DNA from: an uncultured Planctomycetota bacterium
Lineage (GTDB): Bacteria; Planctomycetota; Planctomycetia; Isosphaerales; Isosphaeraceae
DNA length: 64,000 nucleotides
Assembly (NCBI GenBank): GCA_963845755.1
Contig: CAWJTV010000013.1
Location: forward strand, 256,001-320,000
Reading direction: 5' to 3'
Shown: piece after piece, positions 20,876 to 31,958 of the stretch
How the letters are laid out: each line of letters begins with the position of its first letter
How positions within the stretch are numbered: position 1 is the first letter of the stretch
Position numbers and translations under genes: made by a program
The notes under the pieces: generated by a model
Seen by the model: only the letters and a program-made list of their open reading frames with translations
Databases searched by the model: none
What the model was told of the DNA's origin: nothing

Positions 20876-23122
20876 TTGATGGAGATTAAAGGTATACACT
20901 CGCTTACCGGTCCGCAGGAGGATGAGCCGGCGTCGATTCCGTCTCGAGTTCAGGGTGCCTCCGCGGAGCCGGTTCGCGTCACTCCGGGCCCGATCAGTCC
21001 GGCTCCGCACGCGACCGCACCGGATGCCATGGGACTGCTACGGGCCTTCCGACGTCGCTGGCGGCTGGCAATCGGTGCCGGCGTGCTCCTCGGTGGGATC
21101 GCGGCCGTCGCCGCCTGGTATCTGGTTCCGGCAGCGAAGTACACCGCCGAAGCACTCCTTCTGGTCGAGCCGGAGCAGCCCAGGCTGATCGCCACCACCA
21201 AGGAATACCATTCGGATCCGGAGACCGATCGCAAGACCCAGGTGACGCTGATCAAGAGCCCCGTCGTCCTGGCGAAAGCCCTCGGCCAACCCGAAGTCGC
21301 CAAGCTCGCCTTGATTCGGAGGCAGGCGGAGCCGGCGGAATGGGTCGAGAGCGAGATCAAGGCGGAGTTCACGGGCAAGATCCTCCGGCTCAGTTTGAGC
21401 GGTGACGACCCGTCCGAGGTGGCCACTCTCGTCAAAGCGGTCACGAGCGCCTACTTGAGCGAGGTCGCCTACAAGGAAAAAGCCCAGCGACTCGAGCGGA
21501 ATGAGACCCTGAAGCACCTCTTCGACAAACTTCAGAAGCAGCTCGAGTCGAAGCGCGGTGAACTTAAGGCCCTGGCGTTCGAGCTCGGTTCGAACGACAA
21601 ACAGACGCTCAGCTTGCAGCAGCGGCTCGCGATGACGCAACAGAGCCAGGCAGAGCAGGAATTGCTGCGGACTCAATCCGACCTGCGCCAGGCTATGGCG
21701 AGACTCAAGGCAATGCAGGCGAAGGTAGAGAGGGACGGCTCGGATGAAGGGGCGGACTCATCCGGTGGGCCGGCGATCGCCGATGTGGAAAAGGCCATCG
21801 CGAGCGATCCGGTCGTGCTCGGCTACTTCGACAAGGAAGAGGAGCTTAAGAGCAGCATCGCGTATGCCAGGTCGGTCGTGCGGAACCCGTCGGATCCCGC
21901 GGTGGTGCGCCTCCAGCAAGAAATGATCAAGATCCAGAAGCGGCGGAAGCAGTATGAGGCACGGCTGCGTTCCCAGATCCTCAGCCAGCCGAAGGCCCCC
22001 TCCGATCCTCACGGCCAGGCGGAATCGAGCCTCGCCGCGCTCGAGGACGAAATCGGCGTACTGAAAGAGATGGAGCAAGAACTGAGAAACGAGGTCGGTA
22101 AATTCACCGGAGGCACGAAGAAGCTGGGTACCCAGGCCCTCGAGATGGAGTCAATCCAGGACGAGATCAGTAGCTCCATGGAAATGGCCAAGCTCATCGG
22201 GACCGAGATCGAGGCGTTGAAGATCGAGTTGAATGCGCCGGATCGCGTTCGGGTGCTCAAGGAGGCCAAAGCCCCGCACGTCCTCGACTCGAGTCGCAAG
22301 CTCAAGCTCACAGAAATGGCCGGTGGTGGGGCTTTCGGAATGGTCGTTCTCCTGGTCTCGTTCTGGGAATTCCGAGCTCGGCGGATCGATTCGCAGGACG
22401 AAGTGACCCAAGGTCTGGGAATCAAGCTCGTCGGCACCATGCCAACGATCCGCCGGACTACGTCCGGTCCTGTCTCCGCCGTGAGGAGCCAGCGGGAACT
22501 CCTCTGGCAACACCAGTTGGTCGAGTCGGTCGAGACCACGCGAATCATGTTGACCCACGAGGCCAACGCTGGGTCCTACCGGGTGGTACTGGTGACGAGC
22601 GCCGTCGGGGGCGAAGGCAAGACCTCGCTGGCCTGCCACCTGGCCACCAGCCTGGCTCGCGCCGGCCAGAAGACGCTGCTCATCGACGGCGATCTCCGCA
22701 GGCCGACGGTCCATCGCATCTTCGATCAAGCCCCGGAGCCCGGCTTCTGCGAGCTGATTCGCGATGAAGTCGCCATCGACGATGTCATCCGGCCGACGAC
22801 GGTCAACAACCTTTGGACGATCCCGGCCGGCCACCAGGACGATCACGCCCTCGCGGTGCTGTCGCAGCCCCGGGCACGGGAGTTATTCGATCAGACCCGG
22901 GAACGGTTCGGTTTCGTGATTGTGGATTCGGCGCCCGTGCTGCCGGTCGCCGATACCCTGTTGTTCTCCCGCCATGTGGACGCCGTGTTGTTTTCCATTC
23001 TGCGCGAGGTGAGCCAGGTCCCCAAGATCCAGGCTGCTTACGGTCGAATCGCGGCTCTCGGAATCCCGATCCTCGGCGCCGTCGTGTCGGGTACTCAAAT
23101 CAGTTCTGACTATCGGTATTGA
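20876..23122 (+). CDS. wzc: Polysaccharide co-polymerase / tyrosine autokinase (Wzc family)
   Basis: Two TM helices flanking a coiled coil; VTSAVGGEGKT, LIDGDLRRP, VIVDSAPVL; C-terminal DYRY. Confidence 0.93.
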   Translation: MMEIKGIHSLTGPQEDEPASIPSRVQGASAEPVRVTPGPISPAPHATAPDAMGLLRAFRRRWRLAIGAGVLLGGIAAVAAWYLVPAAKYTAEALLLVEPEQPRLIATTKEYHSDPETDRKTQVTLIKSPVVLAKALGQPEVAKLALIRRQAEPAEWVESEIKAEFTGKILRLSLSGDDPSEVATLVKAVTSAYLSEVAYKEKAQRLERNETLKHLFDKLQKQLESKRGELKALAFELGSNDKQTLSLQQRLAMTQQSQAEQELLRTQSDLRQAMARLKAMQAKVERDGSDEGADSSGGPAIADVEKAIASDPVVLGYFDKEEELKSSIAYARSVVRNPSDPAVVRLQQEMIKIQKRRKQYEARLRSQILSQPKAPSDPHGQAESSLAALEDEIGVLKEMEQELRNEVGKFTGGTKKLGTQALEMESIQDEISSSMEMAKLIGTEIEALKIELNAPDRVRVLKEAKAPHVLDSSRKLKLTEMAGGGAFGMVVLLVSFWEFRARRIDSQDEVTQGLGIKLVGTMPTIRRTTSGPVSAVRSQRELLWQHQLVESVETTRIMLTHEANAGSYRVVLVTSAVGGEGKTSLACHLATSLARAGQKTLLIDGDLRRPTVHRIFDQAPEPGFCELIRDEVAIDDVIRPTTVNNLWTIPAGHQDDHALAVLSQPRARELFDQTRERFGFVIVDSAPVLPVADTLLFSRHVDAVLFSILREVSQVPKIQAAYGRIAALGIPILGAVVSGTQISSDYRY

Positions 23123-23199
23123 TCGGCAAATATGATGTATTTCGTCGATGAAGACGATCGCTCAAGGAATCCGAGGAACAACGAGGAGGGTATGTCACG

Positions 23200-23970
23200 A
23201 TGAGCTTGGTGTCCAAGACAGATCGCGAATCGATCGAGCCGGCGAGCGTGGTCAACCATCCGTGGAAATCGACGATGGATTGGTTTCTCGCCGCATTCCT
23301 GATGTTTCCGGCCGCGCCAGTGATCCTCGCCGCGATGGCGCTGGTCCGCCTGACGTCGCCCGGTCCGGCGATCTATCGTCAAACACGGCTGGGCCGCGGC
23401 GGTCGGTCGTTCACGATCTACAAGATCCGGACGATGCACCACAACTCCGAGCGGCTGACAGGGCCGCGGTGGTCGACGCCTGGAGATCCTCGGGTCACTC
23501 GTCTCGGCCGGATCCTCCGGGCCACCCACCTCGACGAGCTTCCCCAGCTCTGGAACATCTTCCGTGGCGACATGAGCCTGGTCGGACCCAGGCCGGAGCG
23601 GCCCGAGATCGTGCCGCAGCTTGAGCGTGTGTTGCCGGCCTATCGTGAGCGGCTCCTGGTCCGGCCGGGCGTCACGGGCCTGGCCCAGGTGCAGCTCCCG
23701 CCAGACACCGACGTCGAGAGTGTGCGCCGCAAGCTCGCGTGCGACCTGTACTACATCAGTCGGGCTGGCATCTGGTTAGACCTGCGAATCATGATCGGGA
23801 CTGCGCTCGGGCTGATGAGCGTGCCGGTGAAGATCAGATGCGGGCTCCTCGGCATCCCCCGCGTCGAATGCGCCGAGAGGGAATACCTCGACCAGTCGGG
23901 CGAGATGAATACTCTGCCCGGGCCATCCGATCGCTTCGCCCCGATCTCATCGGCGTCAAGAGCATTCTGA
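23200..23970 (+). CDS. Priming (undecaprenyl-phosphate) sugar transferase
   Basis: [66 protein letters not shown]. Confidence 0.95.
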   Translation: MSLVSKTDRESIEPASVVNHPWKSTMDWFLAAFLMFPAAPVILAAMALVRLTSPGPAIYRQTRLGRGGRSFTIYKIRTMHHNSERLTGPRWSTPGDPRVTRLGRILRATHLDELPQLWNIFRGDMSLVGPRPERPEIVPQLERVLPAYRERLLVRPGVTGLAQVQLPPDTDVESVRRKLACDLYYISRAGIWLDLRIMIGTALGLMSVPVKIRCGLLGIPRVECAEREYLDQSGEMNTLPGPSDRFAPISSASRAF

Positions 23971-24134
23971 GACGAGTGGGCGGACGCTTGCCCGGCGACG
24001 ATGGAGCCTCGTGACCGCGGCGACTCCCGCGTTGGAATCAAAGAGGGTGGCGAAAATCGACGGGGCCAGAGCCGCCTGTCTCCGGCAGCGGCGTGAGAGC
24101 CGGGCAGGAGAGCAACATAATATCGACCTTGGAA

Positions 24135-25076
24135 ATGCCTCGGGATTCGCGAGCGGGGCGACGCCGAGTCAATCCGTTGGCGAGTGCCGCGATCCTCGGC
24201 TACCTGCGCCACGTGCCGTGGGAACGAGGCAAGTATCGCCTGGTGCGCCTATTCGGACGGTCCCTGCTGGTGGAGCTCGAGCCGGGCTTGTTCATCCGGC
24301 CCCTGGGCCTGTCCGCCGTGGAGGTGGGGATTATCCGCGCCGGGATGTTCGAGCCCGAGACGGTCCGGGCGTTCGCCGCGTTGCTCGCCCCGGGGATGAC
24401 CGTCCTCGACGTGGGTGCCAACGTCGGGCAGTTCACCCTCATCGCCGCACGCCGGGTCGGGCCGACCGGCCGGGTCCATGCGTTCGAGCCGACACCCGAA
24501 CTGGTCGCCCATGTGTTCCGCAACCTGGAGTTGAACGGACTGGACAATGTCGTGGTCAACGAGGTGGCAGTCAGCGAGACGGCAGGTCATGCGGTGCTGC
24601 ACCTGGTGGAAGCGGATGATCCCGGCGAGAACTCGATCGTCAATCCCTCGCCCGGCGCCCGGACTCTGGAGGTCCCTACCGTCAGCCTCGACGGTTACCT
24701 CGCCGAGCATGCCGTCGGGCCGGTGGATGTGATCAAGATCGATATCGAGGGCGCCGAGATGCCGGCGCTCCGCGGTGCCCGAGACCTGCTCTCCAGCGAA
24801 GATTCACCCGTGCTGGTCCTGGAGTTCCACCCAACGACGCTTCGCTACAGCGGCCACAGTCCCGACGACATGCTCGGGCTGCTCAACTCTTACGGTTACG
24901 CATTTTACCCGATCGCGGTCTACAGCCTTCACACGCATGACCCGTATCTCAACGGGATCGCCGCCAAGCCCGGCCACATCAATCGATTCCCGGCCCTGCG
25001 TCGGTGGCAGCAACGTCCGCTAGCGAGTTGGGATCCGGCCCTCCTGAAGACGCTCACCTGTCCTCCCCTCCTCTGA
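24135..25076 (+). CDS. FkbM-family methyltransferase
   Basis: VLDVGANVG, VHAFEP, VIKIDIEGAE. Confidence 0.92.
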   Translation: MPRDSRAGRRRVNPLASAAILGYLRHVPWERGKYRLVRLFGRSLLVELEPGLFIRPLGLSAVEVGIIRAGMFEPETVRAFAALLAPGMTVLDVGANVGQFTLIAARRVGPTGRVHAFEPTPELVAHVFRNLELNGLDNVVVNEVAVSETAGHAVLHLVEADDPGENSIVNPSPGARTLEVPTVSLDGYLAEHAVGPVDVIKIDIEGAEMPALRGARDLLSSEDSPVLVLEFHPTTLRYSGHSPDDMLGLLNSYGYAFYPIAVYSLHTHDPYLNGIAAKPGHINRFPALRRWQQRPLASWDPALLKTLTCPPLL

Positions 25077-25105
25077 GGGGAAAGATACCTGATGGGGGGC
25101 AGATC

Positions 25106-26203
25106 ATGCCGGGACCTCTGGTCAGCATCATCATCCCGACCTTCAATCGTGCCTACTGCGTAGGCAAGGCGATTGACAGCGTCCTGAACCAGACGCATCA
25201 GAATACCGAAATCATCCTGCTCGACGACGGCTCAACCGACGGTACACGCGAGGTGATTGAGGAGTGCTATGGGCCCGACCCGCGCGTGCGCTACGTCTTC
25301 CACGAAAACCGGGGGGTCACCGCGACCCGCAACCGGGGGATCACCCTGTGCCGGGGTGACTTCGTGGCCTTGCTCGACTCCGACGACACGTGGTGCCCCT
25401 GGAAACTCGAGCTCCAGCTCGCCTGCCTGCACCATCGCCCCGAACTGGGCATGGTCTGGACCGACATGAGGGCCGTCGGCCCCGCCGGAGAAGTCCTCAG
25501 CGAATCTTTCCTCCAAACGATGTACCATGCCTATCGATGGTTCTCCCGGGAAGAGCTCTTCCCCCAGTCATTCCCCCTGGCCGAACTGGCCCCGGGACTT
25601 GCGCCGATCGTGGGGGATTGCAGGCTCTACACGGGTGAGATCTTCTCCCAGATGATCATGGGGAACCTGGTGCACACCTCGACCGTGCTGCTTCGCCGGG
25701 AGCGCCTGGCGAAGGTCCGCGGGTTCAACGAGGAGCTCCGGCTTTCGGGAGAGGACTACGATTTCCACCTGCGGACGTGCTGGGAGGGTGCCGTCGGGTT
25801 CATCGACCGGGCGACCATCGACTATCAAACGGGATTACCGGATCGGCTGACACACAAGTCGTACAGGGTCCAAGCGGCGACCAACTGTTTGAAGACCATC
25901 CTCCCCTGGATCGAGCAGGAGCGGTCGCAAGTCAAATTGTCGGACGAGATGCTTCGACTCCGGTTGGCGGAGGTCCAGGCTTGGGTGGGCGACGCGCTTC
26001 TGGAAGCGGGCCAATCCTCGCAGGCGCGGGCGCACCTGTGTCGATCGCTCATGCATCAGACATGGCAACCCAGGACCCTCAAACTCTTGTCGCTGGCCTT
26101 GATGCCTGACGCCGTCCGTCAGCATCTGAGGCGCCTCGTCCGGGCGCTGAAGCCCAAGATCAGAGCCAAAGTGGGGACCGTTGAGGCCACCGAGGCGTCC
26201 TGA
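25106..26203 (+). CDS. GT2 glycosyltransferase
   Basis: VSIIIPTFNR, DDGSTD, LLDSDD, EDYD. Confidence 0.93.
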   Translation: MPGPLVSIIIPTFNRAYCVGKAIDSVLNQTHQNTEIILLDDGSTDGTREVIEECYGPDPRVRYVFHENRGVTATRNRGITLCRGDFVALLDSDDTWCPWKLELQLACLHHRPELGMVWTDMRAVGPAGEVLSESFLQTMYHAYRWFSREELFPQSFPLAELAPGLAPIVGDCRLYTGEIFSQMIMGNLVHTSTVLLRRERLAKVRGFNEELRLSGEDYDFHLRTCWEGAVGFIDRATIDYQTGLPDRLTHKSYRVQAATNCLKTILPWIEQERSQVKLSDEMLRLRLAEVQAWVGDALLEAGQSSQARAHLCRSLMHQTWQPRTLKLLSLALMPDAVRQHLRRLVRALKPKIRAKVGTVEATEAS

Positions 26204-26237
26204 GTCGTTCGATACCCGATGACGGGTATGAATCATC

Positions 26238-27593
26238 GTGGAGACAATCGAACTGATGATGAGTCCTACACTCTCACGAACCACGGACGATGCCGTGTCC
26301 GGTCGTGAGGCGCATCTGGTCCGTGATGCGGAACACTTGGACGCACTCGAGGGGGAGTGGAAAGCACTCTTCGAGGTCTCTCCCACGGCATCCCCGCCCT
26401 TGCGCTGGGAATGGGTTCGGGAATGGTGGCGGATCTATGGGCCTGTCTACGGCGACGGCGGCCGGGGCCTGCGGATCATCACCGTCCGCCGCGGGCCCGA
26501 CCTCATCGGAATCCTGCCTCTGTACCAGCGGTCCTCGGCCGGTCCATGGGCGGCCCGCCAGTTGAGATTCATCTCCACGGGCGCAGCCGAATTCGAGGAG
26601 ACCTCTACCGAGTACCTGGACTTGCTCCACCTGCCGAACTCGGCTGGAGAGTGTGTCGAAGCCATCTGTCAGACTCTGCTTGACTGTCATGAAATGCGCT
26701 GGGATCAGCTCGACCTCACCGATATGTCAACTCACTCCCCATTGCTAACTCTGAGCGAATCCCTCCGGGGTCGGGGTATCTGGCCCAAGGTGACGAGTCG
26801 CGAGACATGTTATGTCTCGGACCTGACAGGAGGGTTCGAGTCCTACTTGAAACGCCTATCTCAGGGAGCCCGGGGCGAGGCGCGGAGGCTGCTGAGAGAA
26901 GTGAAACGGACTGGGATGGTTCTCGAATTCGCCACGAATGCCGAACAGGTCAACCAATTCTTCGACCAGATGGTCGAACTCCATCGGAAGCGCTGGGCGT
27001 CTATCGGAAAAGCGGGCAGTTTTTCACCACATCATGCCGCCTTTCACCGCTCGGTGGCCCGGACGTTGGTCCCCGCCGGTAAGGCCGTGCTCGCCCGACT
27101 CTCCCATGAAGGAAAGCCTCATGCTGTGACCTATGGTCAACTTGTAGGTAAAGTCTATCACTGTTACCAGCGCGGCGTGTGTATCGGTACCCATCCCGTA
27201 CGGAGCCCGGGCACGGCGACCCTTCTTCTGCTCATGGCCGAACTCGCCGAGCGAGGGATCGTTTGCTATGACCATCTCCCGGGCGTCAATGCGTTCAAGC
27301 AACGTTTCGCAACCGGCGAACGTCCCTTGGCCGAGTTACGGATCGTCAAGCCGACATTGCGTTATTTGACGACGAGGACCGGAAACGTGGCGATACGGGC
27401 CACCGCTAAGGCGGCGCGACTCATCAAGAGATCACTGGCCGGACGACCGGAGGGACAGCGGTTCGGCTCCCAGCAGAACCGGGCGATCCGAAGGTCCGCG
27501 ATTTCGGTCGGCGATTTACCCGGGGACTCGAACGACGGTGGCAAATCACCTCGAGAGATCCAGGTGAGGCCCCCTGATGAGGAGGTGTTGTGA
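26238..27593 (+). CDS. GNAT-family (CelD/BcsL-like) acyltransferase
   Basis: EWVREWW, GILPL, ELHRKRW, SPGTATLL, YDHLPG..AFKQRF. Confidence 0.8.
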   Translation: METIELMMSPTLSRTTDDAVSGREAHLVRDAEHLDALEGEWKALFEVSPTASPPLRWEWVREWWRIYGPVYGDGGRGLRIITVRRGPDLIGILPLYQRSSAGPWAARQLRFISTGAAEFEETSTEYLDLLHLPNSAGECVEAICQTLLDCHEMRWDQLDLTDMSTHSPLLTLSESLRGRGIWPKVTSRETCYVSDLTGGFESYLKRLSQGARGEARRLLREVKRTGMVLEFATNAEQVNQFFDQMVELHRKRWASIGKAGSFSPHHAAFHRSVARTLVPAGKAVLARLSHEGKPHAVTYGQLVGKVYHCYQRGVCIGTHPVRSPGTATLLLLMAELAERGIVCYDHLPGVNAFKQRFATGERPLAELRIVKPTLRYLTTRTGNVAIRATAKAARLIKRSLAGRPEGQRFGSQQNRAIRRSAISVGDLPGDSNDGGKSPREIQVRPPDEEVL

Positions 27594-28495
27594 GTACGGC
27601 GACTGACATCTGTGACAAGGCGACGACGATCTCGGAACTCGCTGCGACGGCCCGCGACCGCTCGCCGGCCTCGTTGTCCCTGACCGTCCTCGAGCGGAAA
27701 CCAGGCTGGCGGGTCGTCAACCTGGGCGAATTGTGGCGCTCTCGGGAGTTGCTTTACTTCTTGACCTTGCGCGACATCAAGGTCCGGTACAAGCAGACGG
27801 TCCTGGGAGCAACCTGGGCCATCCTTCAGCCGTTGGCGACGATGCTGGTATTCAGCCTGTTCTTCGGCCGGGTCGCCGGCAATCCCTCGAGCAAGATCCC
27901 TTATGCGTTGTTCGTACTTTCTGGGCTCGTCCCGTGGATGTTCTTCTCCACCGCCATCGCCTCGGCCGCTCAGAGCATGGTGGTCAGTCAGAACCTGGTC
28001 ACCAAGATCTACTTCCCTCGGTTGATCATCCCGATGGGAGCCGTCGCGGCTTGCCTCGTCAACCTTGCGATCTCCTTCGTCATGCTTCTATCCATGATGG
28101 CCTGGTATGGAGTGACGCCGAACTGGTCGTTCGCCCTGTTCCCGCTGCTGACACTGATCCTCTTGATCACAGCGCTGGGGGTGGGGACCCTCCTCTCGGC
28201 CTTGACCGTCTCGTATCGCGATTTCCGACATATCGTGCCCTTCTTGGTTCAATTCTGGATGTTTGCAACGCCGTCCGTTTATCTTCAGCAGGAAGCCGCT
28301 CTGGATCCTGGAAAACGACTTTTGCTCCTACTCAACCCCGCCCATGGGCTGATCGCCAACCTCCGTGCGACGCTCATGGGCTTGCCACTTGATTACCTCT
28401 CGCTGGCCATCTCCACGATCGCCGGGCTCGGTCTGTTGTTCGCGGGATGCGTTTGGTTCCGCCAGATGGAAGGAACGTTCGCTGACATCATCTGA
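27590..28495 (+). CDS. wzm: Polysaccharide ABC transporter permease
   Basis: ELWRSRELLYFLTLRDIKVRYKQTVLG, LVTKIYFPR, FADII. Confidence 0.94.
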   Translation: MSTATDICDKATTISELAATARDRSPASLSLTVLERKPGWRVVNLGELWRSRELLYFLTLRDIKVRYKQTVLGATWAILQPLATMLVFSLFFGRVAGNPSSKIPYALFVLSGLVPWMFFSTAIASAAQSMVVSQNLVTKIYFPRLIIPMGAVAACLVNLAISFVMLLSMMAWYGVTPNWSFALFPLLTLILLITALGVGTLLSALTVSYRDFRHIVPFLVQFWMFATPSVYLQQEAALDPGKRLLLLLNPAHGLIANLRATLMGLPLDYLSLAISTIAGLGLLFAGCVWFRQMEGTFADII

Positions 28496-28565
28496 CAAGA
28501 TCAGATGTTTCTCGCAGCAGGTGGACCGGGGTTTCATTGCAACGTGTGAAGGCAGAGTAAAAACC

Positions 28566-29879
28566 ATGCAATCTGCTATTACGGTTGATCGCCTTTCCAA
28601 GAGTTATCGAATCGGTGTGGATCAGCACGCAAACTATCGAACTCTACGCGAGACGATCATGGCGGCTGCCGCCTCCCCTTGGCGTCGGTTCGCTCGATTG
28701 CTCTCCACGGCCGGTCGAGACGGTAGCTCGTGTCATGAACAGAATCAGACTGACACCGACCTCTGGGCGCTCAAAGATGTCTCGTTCGAGGTCCAGCCCG
28801 GCGAGGTCGTCGGCATCATCGGCCGGAACGGGGCCGGCAAGTCTACGCTCCTGAAAATCCTCAGTCGGATTACGGAACCGACTTCGGGTCGGGCGGAGTT
28901 TCGGGGCCGAATCGGCAGCTTGCTCGAGGTGGGAACCGGTTTCCACCCCGAACTCACCGGCCGGGAGAATATTTACTTAAATGGCAGCATTCTTGGAATG
29001 TCTCATCGAGAGATCGCCAGCAAATTCGCGGAAATCGTGGAGTTCGCCGAAGTCGAGAAGTTCCTGGATACTCCCGTAAAGCGTTATTCCAGCGGGATGT
29101 ATGTGAGGCTGGCGTTCGCCGTCGCGGCCCATTTGGAACCCGAGATCCTCCTGGTCGATGAGGTCTTGGCTGTGGGAGACGTCCAGTTTCAAAGGAAATG
29201 CTTGGGCAAGATGGAGCATATCGCGCAAGGTGGGAGGACCGTTCTGTTTGTGAGCCACCAAATGAGCGCGGTGCAGAGGTTATGCAAGCAATGTCTGTGG
29301 TTCGATTCAGGGCGCCTTGAGGCATTCGGTTCGAAGAGCGAAGTCATCGCCCAATATCTCTCGAAGAGCGCACAACAAGACCGACCGAATGAGTGGATTG
29401 GTCTCACAACGACGAGGCGCGGGGCTCGCGAGGCTCGATTCGTATCCATGCGATTTCGGTGTCCCGATGCCCGAATGGCCAATCATCCGTATCCAGATAG
29501 CCCCCTCGAGATCGAACTGTTGATCGAATCCGATATCGCGCGACGTGTCAACGCCCTGGTGGTCACTTTCTCCGATCGATACGGGACAAAACTCGTGAAT
29601 GCGGACAGCGTCATCCTCGGCGACTCGATCTGGCTGGATCCGGGGACCAATCGTTTCCTCGTTCGGATCGAGGAACTTCACCTCACCCCGGATTCCTATA
29701 TCGTCGGCCTCTATTTAGGAAACAACGATTTAATATATGACGGTATCTCAAACGCGGCGGAAATCGAGGTTGTCGACCCGCCAGTTGAGTCGTTCGGGAA
29801 GCGCCCGATGAGGGACGGCAGAGTGACTTGCCGTTTCTCGGTTACGAAGAGGGACGCCGAAATCAATGAGGAGTCTTGA
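28566..29879 (+). CDS. wzt: Polysaccharide ABC transporter ATPase with C-terminal Wzt_C domain
   Basis: GRNGAGKST, YSSGMYVRLAFA, LLVDE, VSH. Confidence 0.95.
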   Translation: MQSAITVDRLSKSYRIGVDQHANYRTLRETIMAAAASPWRRFARLLSTAGRDGSSCHEQNQTDTDLWALKDVSFEVQPGEVVGIIGRNGAGKSTLLKILSRITEPTSGRAEFRGRIGSLLEVGTGFHPELTGRENIYLNGSILGMSHREIASKFAEIVEFAEVEKFLDTPVKRYSSGMYVRLAFAVAAHLEPEILLVDEVLAVGDVQFQRKCLGKMEHIAQGGRTVLFVSHQMSAVQRLCKQCLWFDSGRLEAFGSKSEVIAQYLSKSAQQDRPNEWIGLTTTRRGAREARFVSMRFRCPDARMANHPYPDSPLEIELLIESDIARRVNALVVTFSDRYGTKLVNADSVILGDSIWLDPGTNRFLVRIEELHLTPDSYIVGLYLGNNDLIYDGISNAAEIEVVDPPVESFGKRPMRDGRVTCRFSVTKRDAEINEES

Positions 29880-29938
29880 ATCGGGGGGTCTCTCGTCGAT
29901 GATGTTTCGAGCCCCGGGATTTTTACAAAGTAACTCTT

Positions 29939-30847
29939 ATGTCATCGATAATTAATGCAAACGATTGCGATGAGCCTGCAGTAACTTGGCGGCGTGGAGC
30001 CCCGGATCCTCCGCGGGGAGCATCCCGACCGCCTGCAAGGACATCGAGGTTGATCAGCGCGTTTGTACGCTCCTACCTGCGGAGTATCCCCATCGAGCGG
30101 GGTAAGTGGTGGCTGCGCCGCAAGACGGCGCCATGGCTGGTCGCTCGCCTGGATACGGGGCCATGGATTCGGATCAGCGGCCAGTGCGATTTCGAGTGGG
30201 CCGTACTCGAGGGGATCGACACGCTCGAGCATCGCACGGCTGACTTGTTCAGTCGGCTGCTCGGACCTAGGTCGGTCGTAATCGACGTGGGTGCGAACGT
30301 CGGCTACTACACGTTGACTGCCGCAGTATGCGTCGGGCCGGCGGGCCGAGTGATCGCCTTCGAGCCAGGGCCGACCACCGCGGCCCGTCTCCGCGAGAAT
30401 GCGGCGCTGAACGGGTTTTCCAACCTCACGATCGTCGAGGCGGCCGTCTCGGATCGCCCGGGATCGTCCGTCTTTCGCATGGCCTGCGACAGCGAGGCAT
30501 CCAGCTTGTACGATGGCGGATCCGATGCCAGCAGTTGCGTAGAAGTGCAGGTAACCACACTCGATGGCTATGTCTTCCAGTCGGGGCTGGACCGCGTAGA
30601 CTTGATCAAGATCGATGCGGAGGGCGCGGAGGTGGCCGTGCTCCGCGGGGCTCGACAACTCCTTTCAAGATTCGACGTCCCACAGATCATCATCGAAGCG
30701 AACCCGATAACATTGCGAGCCGCCGGCGAGTCCATCGATTCATTACGCGCGGAGATCGAGAGTTCCGGCTACGTCATCGAGGTCATCGAGGAAATGCCCT
30801 GGAGGGGAGAGATTACGCAGAACTGGCTGGCGACCAGGTCCACTTGA
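29939..30847 (+). CDS. FkbM-family methyltransferase
   Basis: VIDVGANVG, IAFEP, IKIDAEGAE. Confidence 0.92.
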   Translation: MSSIINANDCDEPAVTWRRGAPDPPRGASRPPARTSRLISAFVRSYLRSIPIERGKWWLRRKTAPWLVARLDTGPWIRISGQCDFEWAVLEGIDTLEHRTADLFSRLLGPRSVVIDVGANVGYYTLTAAVCVGPAGRVIAFEPGPTTAARLRENAALNGFSNLTIVEAAVSDRPGSSVFRMACDSEASSLYDGGSDASSCVEVQVTTLDGYVFQSGLDRVDLIKIDAEGAEVAVLRGARQLLSRFDVPQIIIEANPITLRAAGESIDSLRAEIESSGYVIEVIEEMPWRGEITQNWLATRST

Positions 30848-30926
30848 GTAGCGGGGACATGCTCCCGGATCGGGCATCGATTTCCCCGGGCGGCGCGGCA
30901 ATGGGACACCGGTGAGAGCCAGGGTG

Positions 30927-31014
30927 GGCATTCCCACGACGCTGGCGTCGTCTCCCGTGCGACCGGGCGCTTCGAGTACGACTATCGACGTCGGCGTAGG
31001 GGCGTGCTGGAATC
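30927..31014 (+). repeat. Direct repeat A, copy 1
   Basis: Aligns with 32131-32216 (gctggcgtcg..cccgtgcgaccgggcgct.cgag...cgacgtcggcgtaggg.cgtgctggaatc). Confidence 0.9.
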
Positions 31015-31123
31015 TTCGGGCTGAGTGGAAGAGAGTTGTATCCGGAGGGCCGTCGCGCAGGCCATCGCCTCATTCCAGGCTATCGTTGTGTCTCCTTTAT
31101 GGTAGTGACAGATTTCTATCGGC

Positions 31124-31958
31124 GTGGACCATGAGCGGAAAATTCTCTCACGTCCAAACTGGCAGAAGCGGAGGTGTGTCCTGAACAGCCCGGTCCGCAC
31201 CCCCTTCAAAACCTCTGCCACCCCGATCCTGCAACGGTTCCTCGACAAGGTCGCGCGGGGGAAACACATCCTGCGCCGTACGCGGGAAGGACGTCTATTT
31301 CCGCCCGACGACCTCGCGGTGCCTCATGAAGCTAGGCGTTGGCGACGGTGAATGGACGATTCGCCCGGACAAGGTGACCCGAGGCGGCTTGGTCTATTCG
31401 TTCGGGATCGGCTGCGACATCTCGTTCGACCTGGACATGATCAATCGCTTCGGCTGCGAGGTGCACGCGTTTGACCCCACACCGATCTCGTTGGAGTGGT
31501 TGAGCAAGCAGTCGTTGCCGGCCGGCTTCCATAGCCACCAGTTCGGGATCAGCTCCCATGACGGGGTCGCCAACTTCGGGCTTCCGGTCGAGAACGGGGT
31601 CTCGTTCACGATGGCGCTCGACACGCCCATCCGTCAGACCTGCACCGGCGAGGTCCTCCGCCTGGCGACGATCCTCGAGCGGTTAGGGCATGACCGGATC
31701 GACGTCCTGAAGCTCGACGTCGAGGGGGTCGAGTACGAGATCATCGACGATCTGGTGGAAGTATTTCCCAGGATCGGTCAGCTCCTCATCGAGTTCCATC
31801 ACCGGCTCATCCCGGGCCGTGAGGGGGTGGATCGCTCGAGAAAGGCGATCAAGGCGCTCCTGAAGGTCGGGTACTCCCTGTTTTACGTGTCCAGGCGAAG
31901 CTACGAGTACAGCTTCCTGGGAAGCGAGCCCGCCGGGGCAGCCTGGCGCATCCGGTAG
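31124..31958 (+). CDS. FkbM/Methyltransf_22-like methyltransferase (probable frameshift at ~31320; start uncertain)
   Basis: VYSFGIGCDISFD, VHAFDPT, IDVLKLDVEG.EY, QLLIEFH. Confidence 0.85.

Larger units (their letters stand above)
19059..21122 (+). repeat. Tandem triplication of wzc leader and 5' end (units 19576-20348 and 20349-21122, ~773 bp; partial first copy ~19059-19575)
   Basis: Near-identical blocks with substitutions; all three copies end at ...GCCTGGTATC. Confidence 0.95.
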
